Of a stretch of 64,000 nucleotides of DNA, positions 32,404 to 42,655 are shown in pieces. The notes beneath the pieces are model-generated. The model had not been told where the DNA came from, did no database searches, and was given only the letters and a program-made list of their open reading frames with translations. Position 1 is the first letter of the stretch. Every line of letters starts with the position of its first letter. Both the position numbers and the translations under genes were made by a program. This stretch comes from an uncultured Bacilli bacterium (GTDB taxonomy: Bacteria > Bacillota_I > Bacilli_A > RF39 > UBA660), in NCBI GenBank assembly GCA_944358255.1, contig CALVQQ010000001.1, positions 3,295 through 67,294 of the forward strand, read 5' to 3'.

Positions 32404-33052
32404 AATCTACTTCTTTTATTTTGTTTGCTTTTAAAAATTTGTTTGTTTTTGAAAATGGTTTGCTGCCAAAAAATCCGTTGTATGCGGAAAGTGGTGATGG
32501 ATGTGCACTTTCAATTATTAAATGTTTAGGGTTTGTTATTAATGTCTTTTTGCTTCTTGCAAATGATCCCCATAAAATAAATACTATTGGTGTGTCTTTT
32601 TGATTTAATATTTTTATTATGTGATCTGTTAATAATTGCCAGCCATAATCTTTGTGTGAAAGTGGTTTGCTTTTTTCTACAGTTAATATACTATTTAGTA
32701 ATAATACTCCTTCTTTTGCCCATTTTGTTAAATCTCCATTTTCTGAAATTGGTATTCCTAAGTCATCTTTTAATTCTTTGAATATGTTTTGTAAACTCGG
32801 TGGTTTTGCAATTCCTTTTTGAACTGAAAATGAAAGTCCATGCGCTTGTCCTTCTCCATGGTAAGGGTCTTGACCTATTATTATAACTTTTACTTTTTCG
32901 TACGGTGTCATTTTTAGTGCACTAAATATGTTCTCATATGCTGGATAACATGTTTTTGTCTTGTATTCGTGTTTTATTTTTTCCATAAATTTTTTAAATC
33001 CTGGACTTTCCCATACTACTTTTAGTTTTTCATCCCAATCATTGCCTATCAT
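32393..33052 (-). CDS. ung: uracil-DNA glycosylase (family 1)
   Basis: GQDPYHG water-activating motif and …HPSPLSA… His motif. Confidence 0.9.
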   Translation of the reverse strand: MIGNDWDEKLKVVWESPGFKKFMEKIKHEYKTKTCYPAYENIFSALKMTPYEKVKVIIIGQDPYHGEGQAHGLSFSVQKGIAKPPSLQNIFKELKDDLGIPISENGDLTKWAKEGVLLLNSILTVEKSKPLSHKDYGWQLLTDHIIKILNQKDTPIVFILWGSFARSKKTLITNPKHLIIESAHPSPLSAYNGFFGSKPFSKTNKFLKANKIKEVDFRL

Positions 33053-34229
33053 TTACTTCTCCTTTTAACTTATTGATTGCATAGCCATTTAGTACTATTA
33101 TTATAAACAGTATGCTATCTATTAGCAACCATATAATGTTGTTTTGTATTAGTAATCCTATTATACTTGATGTAAGCATTGTTATTTTGATAATATTGTT
33201 TATTGTTTTGTTTTCAGTGAAGTATTTTATTATACTTGTTCCCATATAAAATCCACTTAGTATAGTTGTTATAGAGAATAATATTATTTCAATAATTAGA
33301 ATTAATTCACCATATTCTCCTAAGTGATAATTAAAGACATTTAATAGTAATTCGTTATAGGAGTTAAATGTGTTTAAGTTGTAGTTGTTGTATATTAGAA
33401 TTATATATGCTGTTAGTGTGCAAATTATAAAACTTATGAAATACATTCCTAATATCTGGGTGTATGCAACTGATTCACTTTTTTCATTGCTTATACCACT
33501 TGCAACTGCCGTTGTTCCTACTAGTAATTCGCTTTGAAATATGCTTCTTTTTATTCCAACTATTAGTCCTACTGTTATGCCTTTATAACTAAAGGCTTCT
33601 ATTATTATTGTTTTGGTGATATCTAATATGATTGCTGTATTGTTTATTATTATAAATATTCCTATTAAAATGTATATTAAGCACATAATTGGTACAATTT
33701 TATTTAATATTTTTAGTATTTCTTTTGTATTTAAAATGATTGTTGTTAATAAAAAAAGGATAGAAATTATTATTATGTATATGTTGTTATCCATAATTTC
33801 TGTTATTGTGTTTGTTTGTATCATTAAAAAAAAGTGTGAATATGCTAGTATTAGTAGTATTGTTATAATAATTGATAATTTATTTTTATTTAAACCTTTT
33901 TTTATATAGAAATATGGGCCACTTATGTTATTTTTTTTGTCTTTGTACTTGTTTCCTAAGTAACTTTCTGCATATATGATGCTTGAAAATATTATTGTGA
34001 ATATCCAAATCCAAAATAATGATCCTGCTCCACCTATTAGTATGCTTGATGCAGTACCAATTATTGACCCTACGCCTATTTTTGTTCCTAATGACATAAA
34101 AAGTCCGTCTTTATCAATTTTTTTTGATATTTTTTTTATTTTTAAATTGTTAAAATGTATTTGTTTAGCAATTGATAAACCTAGATATGATAAAAATATT
34201 ATTGTAATTGTCCATATTAAATTTAACAT
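33039..34229 (-). CDS. sodium:amino-acid (alanine) symporter, AGCS family
   Basis: Polytopic; N-terminal SLGTKIGVGSIIGTASSILIGGAGSLFWIW resembles the AGCS signature. Confidence 0.55.
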   Translation of the reverse strand: MLNLIWTITIIFLSYLGLSIAKQIHFNNLKIKKISKKIDKDGLFMSLGTKIGVGSIIGTASSILIGGAGSLFWIWIFTIIFSSIIYAESYLGNKYKDKKNNISGPYFYIKKGLNKNKLSIIITILLILAYSHFFLMIQTNTITEIMDNNIYIIIISILFLLTTIILNTKEILKILNKIVPIMCLIYILIGIFIIINNTAIILDITKTIIIEAFSYKGITVGLIVGIKRSIFQSELLVGTTAVASGISNEKSESVAYTQILGMYFISFIICTLTAYIILIYNNYNLNTFNSYNELLLNVFNYHLGEYGELILIIEIILFSITTILSGFYMGTSIIKYFTENKTINNIIKITMLTSSIIGLLIQNNIIWLLIDSILFIIIVLNGYAINKLKGEVNDRQ

Positions 34230-34270
34230 GTTATAATATATGTTTTTGTTTGATTATTATGTTTTAGGTG

Positions 34271-35905
34271 TTAATAATTTTCTTTTTCTATCGCGTCCAT
34301 TATGTATGGGGCAATTTGAATTTTTCTAGAAACTATATCTTTTAAATGTATGACTTCATAGATTTCTTCTAAATTGAAACTATTTTGTATTATGTTTTCG
34401 CTCGCTTTATTATATAAACAGTATGAAGCGTTGTCAAATATGTCAGTTACAAATAGTGTTAATACTTTGTAATTTTCTTTTTTTGCTACTTCGTCTAAAT
34501 ATTCTATTATATTATTTTTCTTGTTTTTTATAAGATTAATATCAGTTGTAAAAATTTGCCCGATTCCAATCATTGATTCGTTTATTTTGTATGATTTGAA
34601 ATCTTTATATAACATTTCTTCGTTTGTTAATCCTTTAATACTCATGCCACTTTTTAATAGTTCTATTCCATAGTTTTTGTATTTTATTTTAGCTGTTTTT
34701 GATAAATTTATTAATGCTTTTTTATCTCTCTCTGTAGTTGTTGGTGATGTGAGTAATAATGTATCAGATATAATTGCAGATGCCATTATTCCTGCTATAT
34801 CTCTAGGTATTTTTATATTATTTTCTTTGTATAGTTCATAAATTATTGTGTTTACACTTCCAACTCTTGCATTTCTAAAATTAATGGGACTTTTTGTTAT
34901 TACATTTCCTATATTATGGTGATCTATTATTTCCATTATTTCTGCTTCTTCAAGACCATCCACACTTTGTGATATGTTATTGTGGTCTACTAGTATTACT
35001 TGTTTTTTTTGTACTTCATTACAATCTGTTAATGTTAATAGACCTTTACATTCTTTTTTACTGTTTAAGATTGGGTAATTGGTATGTTTTAATTTCTTGC
35101 TTTCTTCTAGAAAATCAGAGAGATAATCTAATTCATTAAATGTCACTGATTCTTCTTTTCTAATGACATCTTTTATGTAATTGGAAAAGGAAATTATTTT
35201 GCTAACTTCATAAGAATTTAATGGCGTAGATATTATATTTACTTTATTCTTTTTTGCTTTATTTATTATATCTTTAGGTAATTCTACACTGGCAATATTA
35301 ATGAGTAATTTCACTTTGCTTTCGATTGCATACTCTATTATTGTTTTTCTATCCCCTACAACTAAAATGTACGTGCTATCAAGTGAAATCTTTTTCATAA
35401 ATGTTTCTTTTGCATAACTGGCAACTAATACTTGTCCTGAAATTTCTTTGTCAAATTTTAAAATTTCTTTCCCATTTAAGACATTTATTAAGTTGGTATA
35501 TGAGGTATTTATTTTGTGATAATCGCCATTTATGATTTCCTTTGATAGTTCTTTTAATGAAACATATCCGTAATATTTGTTTTTATTTTCTACTACCGGA
35601 ATACCTGTTAATGAGTATTTATCCATGTAGTCAAATGCTTCTTTTATTGGCTTATTCTTGTTAATAAAACAATCTTTATGATATGAAACGTCTTTAATTT
35701 GTAACTTTACGTCGTTTATGTGATATGGATTTTTTATATTAAAATAATTTAATGCAAATCTTGTTTCTGGGTTTATTTCACCTAAAGTGGCAGGTATTGT
35801 GTTGTTACCTAATTTGTTTTTTAAATATGATAATGCTATTGATGCACATATTGAATCTGTGTCTGGATTTTTGTGCCCAAATATATAGGTTATTTTTTCG
35901 TTCAT
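34271..35905 (-). CDS. ppaC: family II (DHH) inorganic pyrophosphatase with CBS-domain insertion
   Basis: N-terminal HKNPDTDS DHH motif, central CBS pair, C-terminal DHHA2. Confidence 0.75.
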   Translation of the reverse strand: MNEKITYIFGHKNPDTDSICASIALSYLKNKLGNNTIPATLGEINPETRFALNYFNIKNPYHINDVKLQIKDVSYHKDCFINKNKPIKEAFDYMDKYSLTGIPVVENKNKYYGYVSLKELSKEIINGDYHKINTSYTNLINVLNGKEILKFDKEISGQVLVASYAKETFMKKISLDSTYILVVGDRKTIIEYAIESKVKLLINIASVELPKDIINKAKKNKVNIISTPLNSYEVSKIISFSNYIKDVIRKEESVTFNELDYLSDFLEESKKLKHTNYPILNSKKECKGLLTLTDCNEVQKKQVILVDHNNISQSVDGLEEAEIMEIIDHHNIGNVITKSPINFRNARVGSVNTIIYELYKENNIKIPRDIAGIMASAIISDTLLLTSPTTTERDKKALINLSKTAKIKYKNYGIELLKSGMSIKGLTNEEMLYKDFKSYKINESMIGIGQIFTTDINLIKNKKNNIIEYLDEVAKKENYKVLTLFVTDIFDNASYCLYNKASENIIQNSFNLEEIYEVIHLKDIVSRKIQIAPYIMDAIEKENY

Positions 35906-36097
35906 TTTTTCACCTCTTTAAAAACTCTCGTTAAATATTACCACGTTTTTAGCAAAAAATGAAGTTTTTTTATTTTAAAAGTTTTTTATTTTATCAATGT
36001 CAAAATATGTATATTTAAATTTTATTTTTAATATTTATTTATATTTTTCTTGTGTTTTTGATATATTTATATTGGTATATTGTTTATAGGAGGATTT

Positions 36098-37477
36098 ATG
36101 ATTAATATTAAAACTGATTCTAGAAAAGTCGTTAAAGGTGATACTTTTGTTGCAATTAAGGGTAATACTGTTGATGGCCATGACTTTATTGATTCAGCAA
36201 TTGAAAATGGTGCCGAAAAAATTATTTGTGAGCATGGGCATTATTCGGTACCTACTATTGTTGTTCCAAATACTAGTGAATATTTGGCTGAGTATTTAAA
36301 AGATAATTACAGCAGCGGTTTAGATAAATTAAAAATTATTGGTGTTACTGGGACTAATGGAAAAACGACTACTTGTTACTTGTTGTATAATGCTTTGCTA
36401 GAACTCGGTAAAAAAGCAGCTTATATTGGCACTATTGGCTTTTATTTAAATGGCGAGATGGTTAAAGAATTGCCTAACACAACTCCTGAAGTATTGGAAA
36501 TTTATAATTTGTTACATGAATGTGTAAATAATGATGTAGAATATGTGGCTATGGAAGTAAGTAGTCATTCTTTGTCATTAAATAGATTATCAGGGATAAA
36601 TTTTGATGTTGCGTTGTTTACTAATTTAACTAAAGATCATTTGGATTATCACAAAACTTTTGAGGCTTATGCAGATGCAAAAAGTATTTTGTTCACAAAA
36701 TTAAAAAATGATAAGATTGCTATTATTAATAATGATGCTGATTATAAGGAAAAAATGATAAAAAATGGTAATAAAAATGTTACTTATGGTTTTGCCGATA
36801 GCGATTATACAATTACTGGTTTTAAAACAGATAGTAAATCAACTGTGTTTAGCTTTAAATATAATGGTGCCAACTATGACGTTAAGAGTAATTTATCCGG
36901 CAAGCATAATGTGTATAATGTTTTGTCTATGATAATAATTTTGAATGAATTGCATTTTGATTTAAATAGTGTTATTAAAGTCACTTTAGAATTAGAAGCC
37001 CCTAGTGGAAGAATGGAAAAAATATATTATAATAGTAATACAATTATAATTGATTATGCCCATACTCCAGACGCTGAGCTAAATATTATAAATGCTGCAA
37101 AAGAATTTGCTAAAGGTAAAATAATTACTTTGATTGGTTGTGGTGGTGATAGGGATAAGACAAAAAGACCTGAAATGGCTAAAATAGCTACAGAATTATC
37201 TGATTTTTCTATATTTACTAGTGATAATCCCAGAACCGAAGATCCAAATGATATTTTGAATGATATGATTGTTGGTGTAGTCAATGATAAGTATATAAAA
37301 ATTGTTGATAGAAAAGAAGCCATTAAATATGGAATAGATATTTTGACTGAAAACGATATCCTTTTGCTTTTGGGTAAAGGGCATGAAAATTACCAAGTAA
37401 TTGGTCACGAAAAAATACATATGAGTGATAAGGAAATAGCTACGGAATATATTAGTTCTAAATTAAAAAGCAACTAG
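36098..37477 (+). CDS. murE: UDP-N-acetylmuramoyl-L-alanyl-D-glutamate--2,6-diaminopimelate/L-lysine ligase
   Basis: Mur ligase P-loop GVTGTNGKTTT and central/C-terminal domains. Start at ATG 36098 with SD AGGAGGA; the track ORF begins at an upstream TTG. Confidence 0.85.
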   Translation: MINIKTDSRKVVKGDTFVAIKGNTVDGHDFIDSAIENGAEKIICEHGHYSVPTIVVPNTSEYLAEYLKDNYSSGLDKLKIIGVTGTNGKTTTCYLLYNALLELGKKAAYIGTIGFYLNGEMVKELPNTTPEVLEIYNLLHECVNNDVEYVAMEVSSHSLSLNRLSGINFDVALFTNLTKDHLDYHKTFEAYADAKSILFTKLKNDKIAIINNDADYKEKMIKNGNKNVTYGFADSDYTITGFKTDSKSTVFSFKYNGANYDVKSNLSGKHNVYNVLSMIIILNELHFDLNSVIKVTLELEAPSGRMEKIYYNSNTIIIDYAHTPDAELNIINAAKEFAKGKIITLIGCGGDRDKTKRPEMAKIATELSDFSIFTSDNPRTEDPNDILNDMIVGVVNDKYIKIVDRKEAIKYGIDILTENDILLLLGKGHENYQVIGHEKIHMSDKEIATEYISSKLKSN

Positions 37478-37500
37478 TTTGAGTACTAGTTGTCTTTATT
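37471..37500. terminator. bidirectional rho-independent terminator between convergent murE and rlmH
   Basis: CAACTAGT-ttgagt-ACTAGTTG perfect 8 bp stem flanked by A/T runs. Confidence 0.6.
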
Positions 37501-37933
37501 TGTGATATTTTTCATTATTAATTATTTTCATTGATCTATATATTTGTTCTAATAATATTGCCCTAAAAAATCCATGAGGAAATGTTAAATTTGAAAATGA
37601 TATGAGTTCATCAAATTCTCTCTTTGTTTTTTCTAAAATGCCATCTGAACCGCCAATTATAAAACATATTGAAGATTTTCCTTGGTTAAATTGATGTAAT
37701 ATTTTATCTTTAAATTGTATTGAATCTATGCTTTTACCTTTTATATCTAATCCTATTATATAGTCGTATTTTTTAATTTGTTTTGATATTAAGTTTCCTT
37801 CTTCTTCTATGTTACTATCTTTTAATTCAACAATATCTAGTTTGTGATATTTGTTTATTCTTGTTTTATAGTCATCGCACATTTTTGTTAAATATTCTTC
37901 TTTAAGTTTTCCTATACAAATAATTGTTATCAT
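37496..37933 (-). CDS. rlmH: 23S rRNA (pseudouridine1915-N3)-methyltransferase RlmH (SPOUT)
   Basis: 145 aa MITIICIGKLKEEYL…; RlmH-like length and motifs. Confidence 0.8.
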   Translation of the reverse strand: MITIICIGKLKEEYLTKMCDDYKTRINKYHKLDIVELKDSNIEEEGNLISKQIKKYDYIIGLDIKGKSIDSIQFKDKILHQFNQGKSSICFIIGGSDGILEKTKREFDELISFSNLTFPHGFFRAILLEQIYRSMKIINNEKYHK

Positions 37934-38688
37934 TTTATTATCACCATTTCACGTTGATTGGCACATTCTATGTTATTAAAAGTTATTTCATTTTCTTTTA
38001 ATATTTTCATTGTTGTCTCTAATGCTATTTTTGGGTCGTTGTTAGTTTCACTTAAATGTATTAAAATTATTTTTTTTGTTTTATTTCCAATAATTTTTGA
38101 TAAATATGTCCCGCAAAATTCATTTGATAGGTGTCCTTTGTCACTAAGTATTCTTCGTTGTAGATGTGGCGGATAAGGTCCATTAATTAGTAGTTCTGTG
38201 TCATGGTTGCTTTCAATTAGATAGTATGTTTTATTCTTTATTTTTGGTAATAATTTGTGATTTATATACCCAGTGTCGGCTATGTATACTATTGATTCTT
38301 CGTTACTTTCCATTAAAAATCCTACTGGATCAACTGCATCATGAGAAAGTTGTAAAATTGTTATTTTAATTCCATCTATATCTTGCTCTTCTTCAAGAAA
38401 TTGTACCTTGTTGTATTCATGTTCTTCATATAATGTGTTGTAAAGTTTTTCTTTTACTAAAAGTAGTGGTTTTACTCTTTTTAAAAATACGTTTAAGCCA
38501 TATATATGATCGGTGTGTTCATGGGTTAGTAGTAAATAATCTATTTCTTTTGGATCAATTTTAATTTCTTCTAATTTTTCTTTTATGTATTTATAAGAAA
38601 ACCCAACATCTATTAATATTTTCTTATTATTTATTTCTATTAATGTTGAGTTTCCTTTTGATCCACTTCCTAAAACACTTATTTTCAT
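37930..38688 (-). CDS. MBL-fold metallo-hydrolase (WalJ/YycJ-like)
   Basis: HxHxDH motif (THEHTDH). Sits immediately upstream of rlmH, as walJ does in Bacillus. Confidence 0.75.
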   Translation of the reverse strand: MKISVLGSGSKGNSTLIEINNKKILIDVGFSYKYIKEKLEEIKIDPKEIDYLLLTHEHTDHIYGLNVFLKRVKPLLLVKEKLYNTLYEEHEYNKVQFLEEEQDIDGIKITILQLSHDAVDPVGFLMESNEESIVYIADTGYINHKLLPKIKNKTYYLIESNHDTELLINGPYPPHLQRRILSDKGHLSNEFCGTYLSKIIGNKTKKIILIHLSETNNDPKIALETTMKILKENEITFNNIECANQREMVIIK

Positions 38689-40154
38689 TATTCCATATTA
38701 TATAGGTCTAACGGATTTATTATTTCTGCTCCAGAACTATATGGATATCCACCTACCCATACACTCAAGTGTAAGTGTGTTCCAGTACTTCTACCAGTTG
38801 TTCCCATTCCCCCTATCTGTTGACCTTTTAGTACAGTCGAACCCTTTTTAAGTCCCTCTTGATGAAATGCTAAATGCATATATACTGATATATAACCGTT
38901 TTGATGGTCTATATATACATAGTTACCCATAGTACTATTATAACCCATTGATATTACAACCCCACTTTGGATTGAATAAATTGGCGATCCATGTCCAGTA
39001 CCGGCTATGTCTACACCGTTATGGTAACTTCCCCAACGCCATCCTACACGTGATGTAATAACATATGGCTGAATTGTTGGCCATGCCCAATATTCTGGAT
39101 CTCCAGCATAATTTATACTTAATCCACCTTTAACTATAATTGCATCAACCGCTGGTTTTATAGTTTCTGAACTAATTCTAACTGCGCTTAAATCTTCTCC
39201 ATTTACTGTTTCAATTTGGAAAGTCGCCTTGCTTTCCCCATTTATTCCTTGTTGTTTTGTGTATGTTGTCCCTACTGTCATTTTCTCATCATATTCAACA
39301 TCAGTTGTAAATGCAACTTCTTGAATTGATGTTACAATTCTCTCTACAACAACGCTTATTTTTGGATCAATAAGTCCAATATTAACTTCAGTTCCGGGAA
39401 ATAATAATTGATATTCACTAATTATATCTGGGTTTGCTATCAAAAATTCTATAGGGTTTAAACTGTTTTTGTTTGAAATATCTATAACTGTATCTCCAGG
39501 CATTACTGTATATGTCTTTTGATTTTCCATTGTCCCAAATAATAAATATCTTGTTAAATCGTTAGAATCTGTAAAAATGTATTCATTTGAAGGAATATAC
39601 GTATCTTTTATAGTTATATCTTCTTTAATGTAAATATTTTTGATAGTTTCTCCTTCATCTACAATTTCTGGTTGATTATTATCTCTGTATGCTTCTAATG
39701 TTTCTTCATCAATAAATGCTTTTATTGTATTATCAATGGCTGTTTCCAAATCTTCTTCATGTAATATGTAAAATGATTCACTTTCTTCATCTTTTTTAAT
39801 AGTTATTTCATATCCTTCAATTGTAAAATTATCTAGGTCTTTTATTTTGTCATATATTTCTTCCACTGTATTTATAGAAGTATTGTATGTATTTACGCTT
39901 ACTAACTCTAATCCTTCTGGCGGATAAATACTTTCAACATCATATTCTTTTTTTAATGATTCTTGTTCTTTATCAATTAATTTGTATAATTCGTCTTTGT
40001 CTTCAACTACCCCGATTATTTTTCCATTTAAGTACACTTGATATACTTCTATAGGATAGTTTTCAAAAGTTTCTCTATCAAATCCTAATATAAATATTAG
40101 TCCAGACATTAATACTGTAAATATTAACCCTAAACATGTACCTTTTTTAGTCAT
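38688..40154 (-). CDS. membrane-anchored M23 peptidase with LysM-like domain
   Basis: N-terminal TM. LysM-like YTVMPGDTVIDIS… and C-terminal M23 motifs HNGVDIAG… and …GTHLHLSVW. Start overlaps the dnaB stop. Confidence 0.7.
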   Translation of the reverse strand: MTKKGTCLGLIFTVLMSGLIFILGFDRETFENYPIEVYQVYLNGKIIGVVEDKDELYKLIDKEQESLKKEYDVESIYPPEGLELVSVNTYNTSINTVEEIYDKIKDLDNFTIEGYEITIKKDEESESFYILHEEDLETAIDNTIKAFIDEETLEAYRDNNQPEIVDEGETIKNIYIKEDITIKDTYIPSNEYIFTDSNDLTRYLLFGTMENQKTYTVMPGDTVIDISNKNSLNPIEFLIANPDIISEYQLLFPGTEVNIGLIDPKISVVVERIVTSIQEVAFTTDVEYDEKMTVGTTYTKQQGINGESKATFQIETVNGEDLSAVRISSETIKPAVDAIIVKGGLSINYAGDPEYWAWPTIQPYVITSRVGWRWGSYHNGVDIAGTGHGSPIYSIQSGVVISMGYNSTMGNYVYIDHQNGYISVYMHLAFHQEGLKKGSTVLKGQQIGGMGTTGRSTGTHLHLSVWVGGYPYSSGAEIINPLDLYNME

Positions 40155-41494
40155 TATTCTTCCTCACTCTTTTTATAATTTTTAAAACTTAGTGTGTTTC
40201 TTTCGAACATTAAATCAACTGTTCCTGTAGATCCACTTCTATGTTTTGCTATTATTAATTCAATTGGAGATAAATTTGGCCTATCTTTCGCCTTGAAATT
40301 GTAGTAGTCGTCACAGTATAGGAACATAACTATGTCCGCATCTTGTTCGATTGAACCGCTTTCTTTTAAGTCACTCATTATCGGTCTTTTATTTTCTCGC
40401 ATTTCTACGCTTCTTGATAATTGAGCTAATGCGATGACCGGAACATTTAATTCCATCGCTAATTTTTTCAAATCACGTGAAATTTCACTTACCTCTTGTG
40501 TTCTTTGACCACTATATTTATTAGAACTACTTATTAACTGTAAGTAGTCAATAACAATTGCGTCTAATCCTTTTTCACTATTTTTTAGTCTTCTACATTT
40601 ACTTCTTATTTCACTTACTGTTATTCCAGGAGTATCATCTATAAAAATATTTGTATTAGCTAGCACACTAATTGCTTCATCTAATTTTTTCCAATCATTG
40701 TGTTCAAACCTTCCTGTCCTTAATTTTTGTGCATCAAGTTGTCCTACTGATGCAAACATTCTATTTACTATTTGTTCTGCTCCCATTTCTAAATTAAACA
40801 TTGCTACTGTTTTTTTGCTGTTTATCGCCATGTTAGTAACTATGTTAGAAACGATAGCACTTTTTCCCATACCTGGTCTACCAGCAATTATTATTAACTC
40901 GTTTTCATGGAAACCTGTTGTTTTATTGTCTAAATCATAATATCCACTAGGTATACCAGTAATATCGCTTCCATTTTTAGCTAACAATTCTATTTCTTCC
41001 TGCGCTTTAGTTATAATATCTTGTATTCCGCGAATTTCTTTTGTCATGCGATTACTATTAATACTAAGTATTTGTTTTTCAGCTGTTTCGACTATCTCTT
41101 GAAGTTCTTTTTTTTCATCATAGCAATCATTTATTATTTCTGTTGATTTATTAATTAATTCTCTTAAAATGTACTTAGTGTATATTATATTTATATAATA
41201 ATCTAAATTTGCTGTTGTTGCCACACTGTTTATAACTTCTGTCAAGTATTCTATTCCGCCAATATTGCCTAACTGTTTATTCTTTTCAAGTTCGTTTGAA
41301 ACAGTTGTTATGTCTACTGCAATATCATTTTTATGCAAATATTTTAAAGTTTCAAATATTACTTTGTTTTTCTCAGAATAAAACATTTCACCGCTAAGTT
41401 CTTCAACGACTTTGTCTAATGATGACTTACTTAAAAATGCGCATCCCAACGTATTTATTTCTGCTTCAATGTTGTTTGGTTCTACTCTAGCCAT
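40154..41494 (-). CDS. dnaB: replicative DNA helicase
   Basis: 446 aa with Walker A GRPGMGKSA and DnaB N- and C-terminal domains. Confidence 0.9.
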   Translation of the reverse strand: MARVEPNNIEAEINTLGCAFLSKSSLDKVVEELSGEMFYSEKNKVIFETLKYLHKNDIAVDITTVSNELEKNKQLGNIGGIEYLTEVINSVATTANLDYYINIIYTKYILRELINKSTEIINDCYDEKKELQEIVETAEKQILSINSNRMTKEIRGIQDIITKAQEEIELLAKNGSDITGIPSGYYDLDNKTTGFHENELIIIAGRPGMGKSAIVSNIVTNMAINSKKTVAMFNLEMGAEQIVNRMFASVGQLDAQKLRTGRFEHNDWKKLDEAISVLANTNIFIDDTPGITVSEIRSKCRRLKNSEKGLDAIVIDYLQLISSSNKYSGQRTQEVSEISRDLKKLAMELNVPVIALAQLSRSVEMRENKRPIMSDLKESGSIEQDADIVMFLYCDDYYNFKAKDRPNLSPIELIIAKHRSGSTGTVDLMFERNTLSFKNYKKSEEE

Positions 41495-41937
41495 TATTTT
41501 TCACCTTCTAGGATTACTTGTAGATTAGCTTTTACATTTTTATACAAGTCTATTTCTACGTGATGAACACCTAATGTATTTATTTCAGTTGTTACTTTTA
41601 TTTTCTTTTTATCAATATTGATCCCTAGATTTTTAAGTTCTTCGCTTATTTGTTTATTGCTTATACTTCCAAAGACTTTATCTTGTTTTCCAGTTTTAAC
41701 TTTAAAACAACATTTAACATTTTCTATTTTATGTTTAAGCTCATTTGCACGTTTTATTTCATTATTTTCTTGTTCTTGTCTTGCTTTTTGATCCCTGTTT
41801 AAAATTTCTTTGCTTTTCGGTGTATATAAAACTGCTAAATTATTTGTGATTAGATATTTCCCGTATCCGTCTTTTACATCTAATATTTCATCTTTTTTAC
41901 CAGTTTTTTTAACATCTTCAATGAGTATTACTTTCAT
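41494..41937 (-). CDS. rplI: 50S ribosomal protein L9
   Basis: MKVILIEDVKKTGKKDEILDVKDGYGKYL… Start placed at the internal ATG that matches the L9 N-terminus. Confidence 0.85.
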   Translation of the reverse strand: MKVILIEDVKKTGKKDEILDVKDGYGKYLITNNLAVLYTPKSKEILNRDQKARQEQENNEIKRANELKHKIENVKCCFKVKTGKQDKVFGSISNKQISEELKNLGINIDKKKIKVTTEINTLGVHHVEIDLYKNVKANLQVILEGEK

Positions 41938-41972
41938 AAATCCTCCGTTTGATAATTGTAGCATATTAAAAA

Positions 41973-42001
41973 ATATTTGTCAAAAAATGGCGAACAAGTT
42001 T
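41973..42001 (-). promoter_or_regulatory. sigma-A promoter for the rplI-dnaB operon
   Basis: On the minus strand: TTGACA (41996-42001), a 17 nt spacer, then TACAAT (41973-41978), about 30 nt upstream of the rplI RBS. Confidence 0.6.
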
Positions 42002-42115
42002 ACGCTTTCTTTGCCAAATAAAAAAATATTATCTCTTTAATAATATTTATAAAATTTAATTGATATTTGTAATTTTGATTATAGATTTTTATTTATAATA
42101 TGTTATAATCATAAT

Positions 42116-42199
42116 AGAAAGAGTGAACAAATAAAGATTAATAAATATGTAAGGGTTTTTATTATCTTAATTTACAATGAATGCTAATTCACTCTTTCT
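42116..42199 (+). promoter_or_regulatory. long-range perfect inverted repeat (12 bp arms 60 nt apart) forming a candidate 5' leader hairpin or sRNA
   Basis: AGAAAGAGTGAA (42116-42127) and TTCACTCTTTCT (42188-42199) are exact reverse complements. An inner complementary pair (aagattaataa / ttattatctt) gives a roughly 84 nt stem-loop. A TATAAT lies at 42104-42109. Confidence 0.4.
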
Positions 42200-42259
42200 G
42201 TGTAGTAAAAATGTCGGAATTTGTTATTTTTACTAACAATTTCATTATACCTTTTGTCA

Positions 42260-42278
42260 TTGTTATTGTCAATAACAA
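42260..42278. promoter_or_regulatory. 19 bp palindromic operator candidate upstream of the XRE repressor gene
   Basis: TTGTTATTG-t-CAATAACAA is a perfect 9 bp inverted repeat, about 45 bp upstream of the ATG at 42324. Confidence 0.5.
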
Positions 42279-42323
42279 ACGATGTTTATTTTTAGCATTC
42301 TAATTTCTGACGGAGGAATATAT

Positions 42324-42620
42324 ATGGATAAAACATTAAATGAGCAAGATAGGCTTAACCAAATAATTGGAAGAAATATCAAATTTTACAGGGAGTTATA
42401 TAATATTAATAATAAGGAGAAAATGACTCAGGCAAGACTTGCAAAAATTATAGGAGTTTCAACTCCTCTGATAGGATCTTTAGAAAGCGATAATACAACA
42501 CAGGGAATAAGCACTTATAATCTTTATAAAATCAGCAAAGCTTTAAAAGTTCCAATAGAAAAATTTTATGATATTCCAATTATGGAAACAATTGTGGATG
42601 AGTTAGAAAAAGTAGAATAA
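42324..42620 (+). CDS. XRE-family helix-turn-helix transcriptional regulator
   Basis: MDKTLNEQDRLNQIIGRNIKFYRE…QARLAKIIGVSTPLIGSLE… HTH_3. ATG with SD GGAGGA; the track ORF begins further upstream. Confidence 0.75.
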   Translation: MDKTLNEQDRLNQIIGRNIKFYRELYNINNKEKMTQARLAKIIGVSTPLIGSLESDNTTQGISTYNLYKISKALKVPIEKFYDIPIMETIVDELEKVE

Positions 42621-42655
42621 AACCCAAAATTTTTGGGTTTTACTTTATTTTTATG
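42620..42655 (+). terminator. rho-independent terminator after the XRE gene
   Basis: AAACCCAAAA / TTTTGGGTTT stem followed by a T-run. Confidence 0.65.

Noticed and set aside
42116-42320. Tiny ORF MNANSLFLCSKNVGICYFY within the XRE upstream hairpin region
   Set aside because: It has no Shine-Dalgarno, is only 19 codons long, and lies entirely inside the predicted stem-loop. More likely non-coding.
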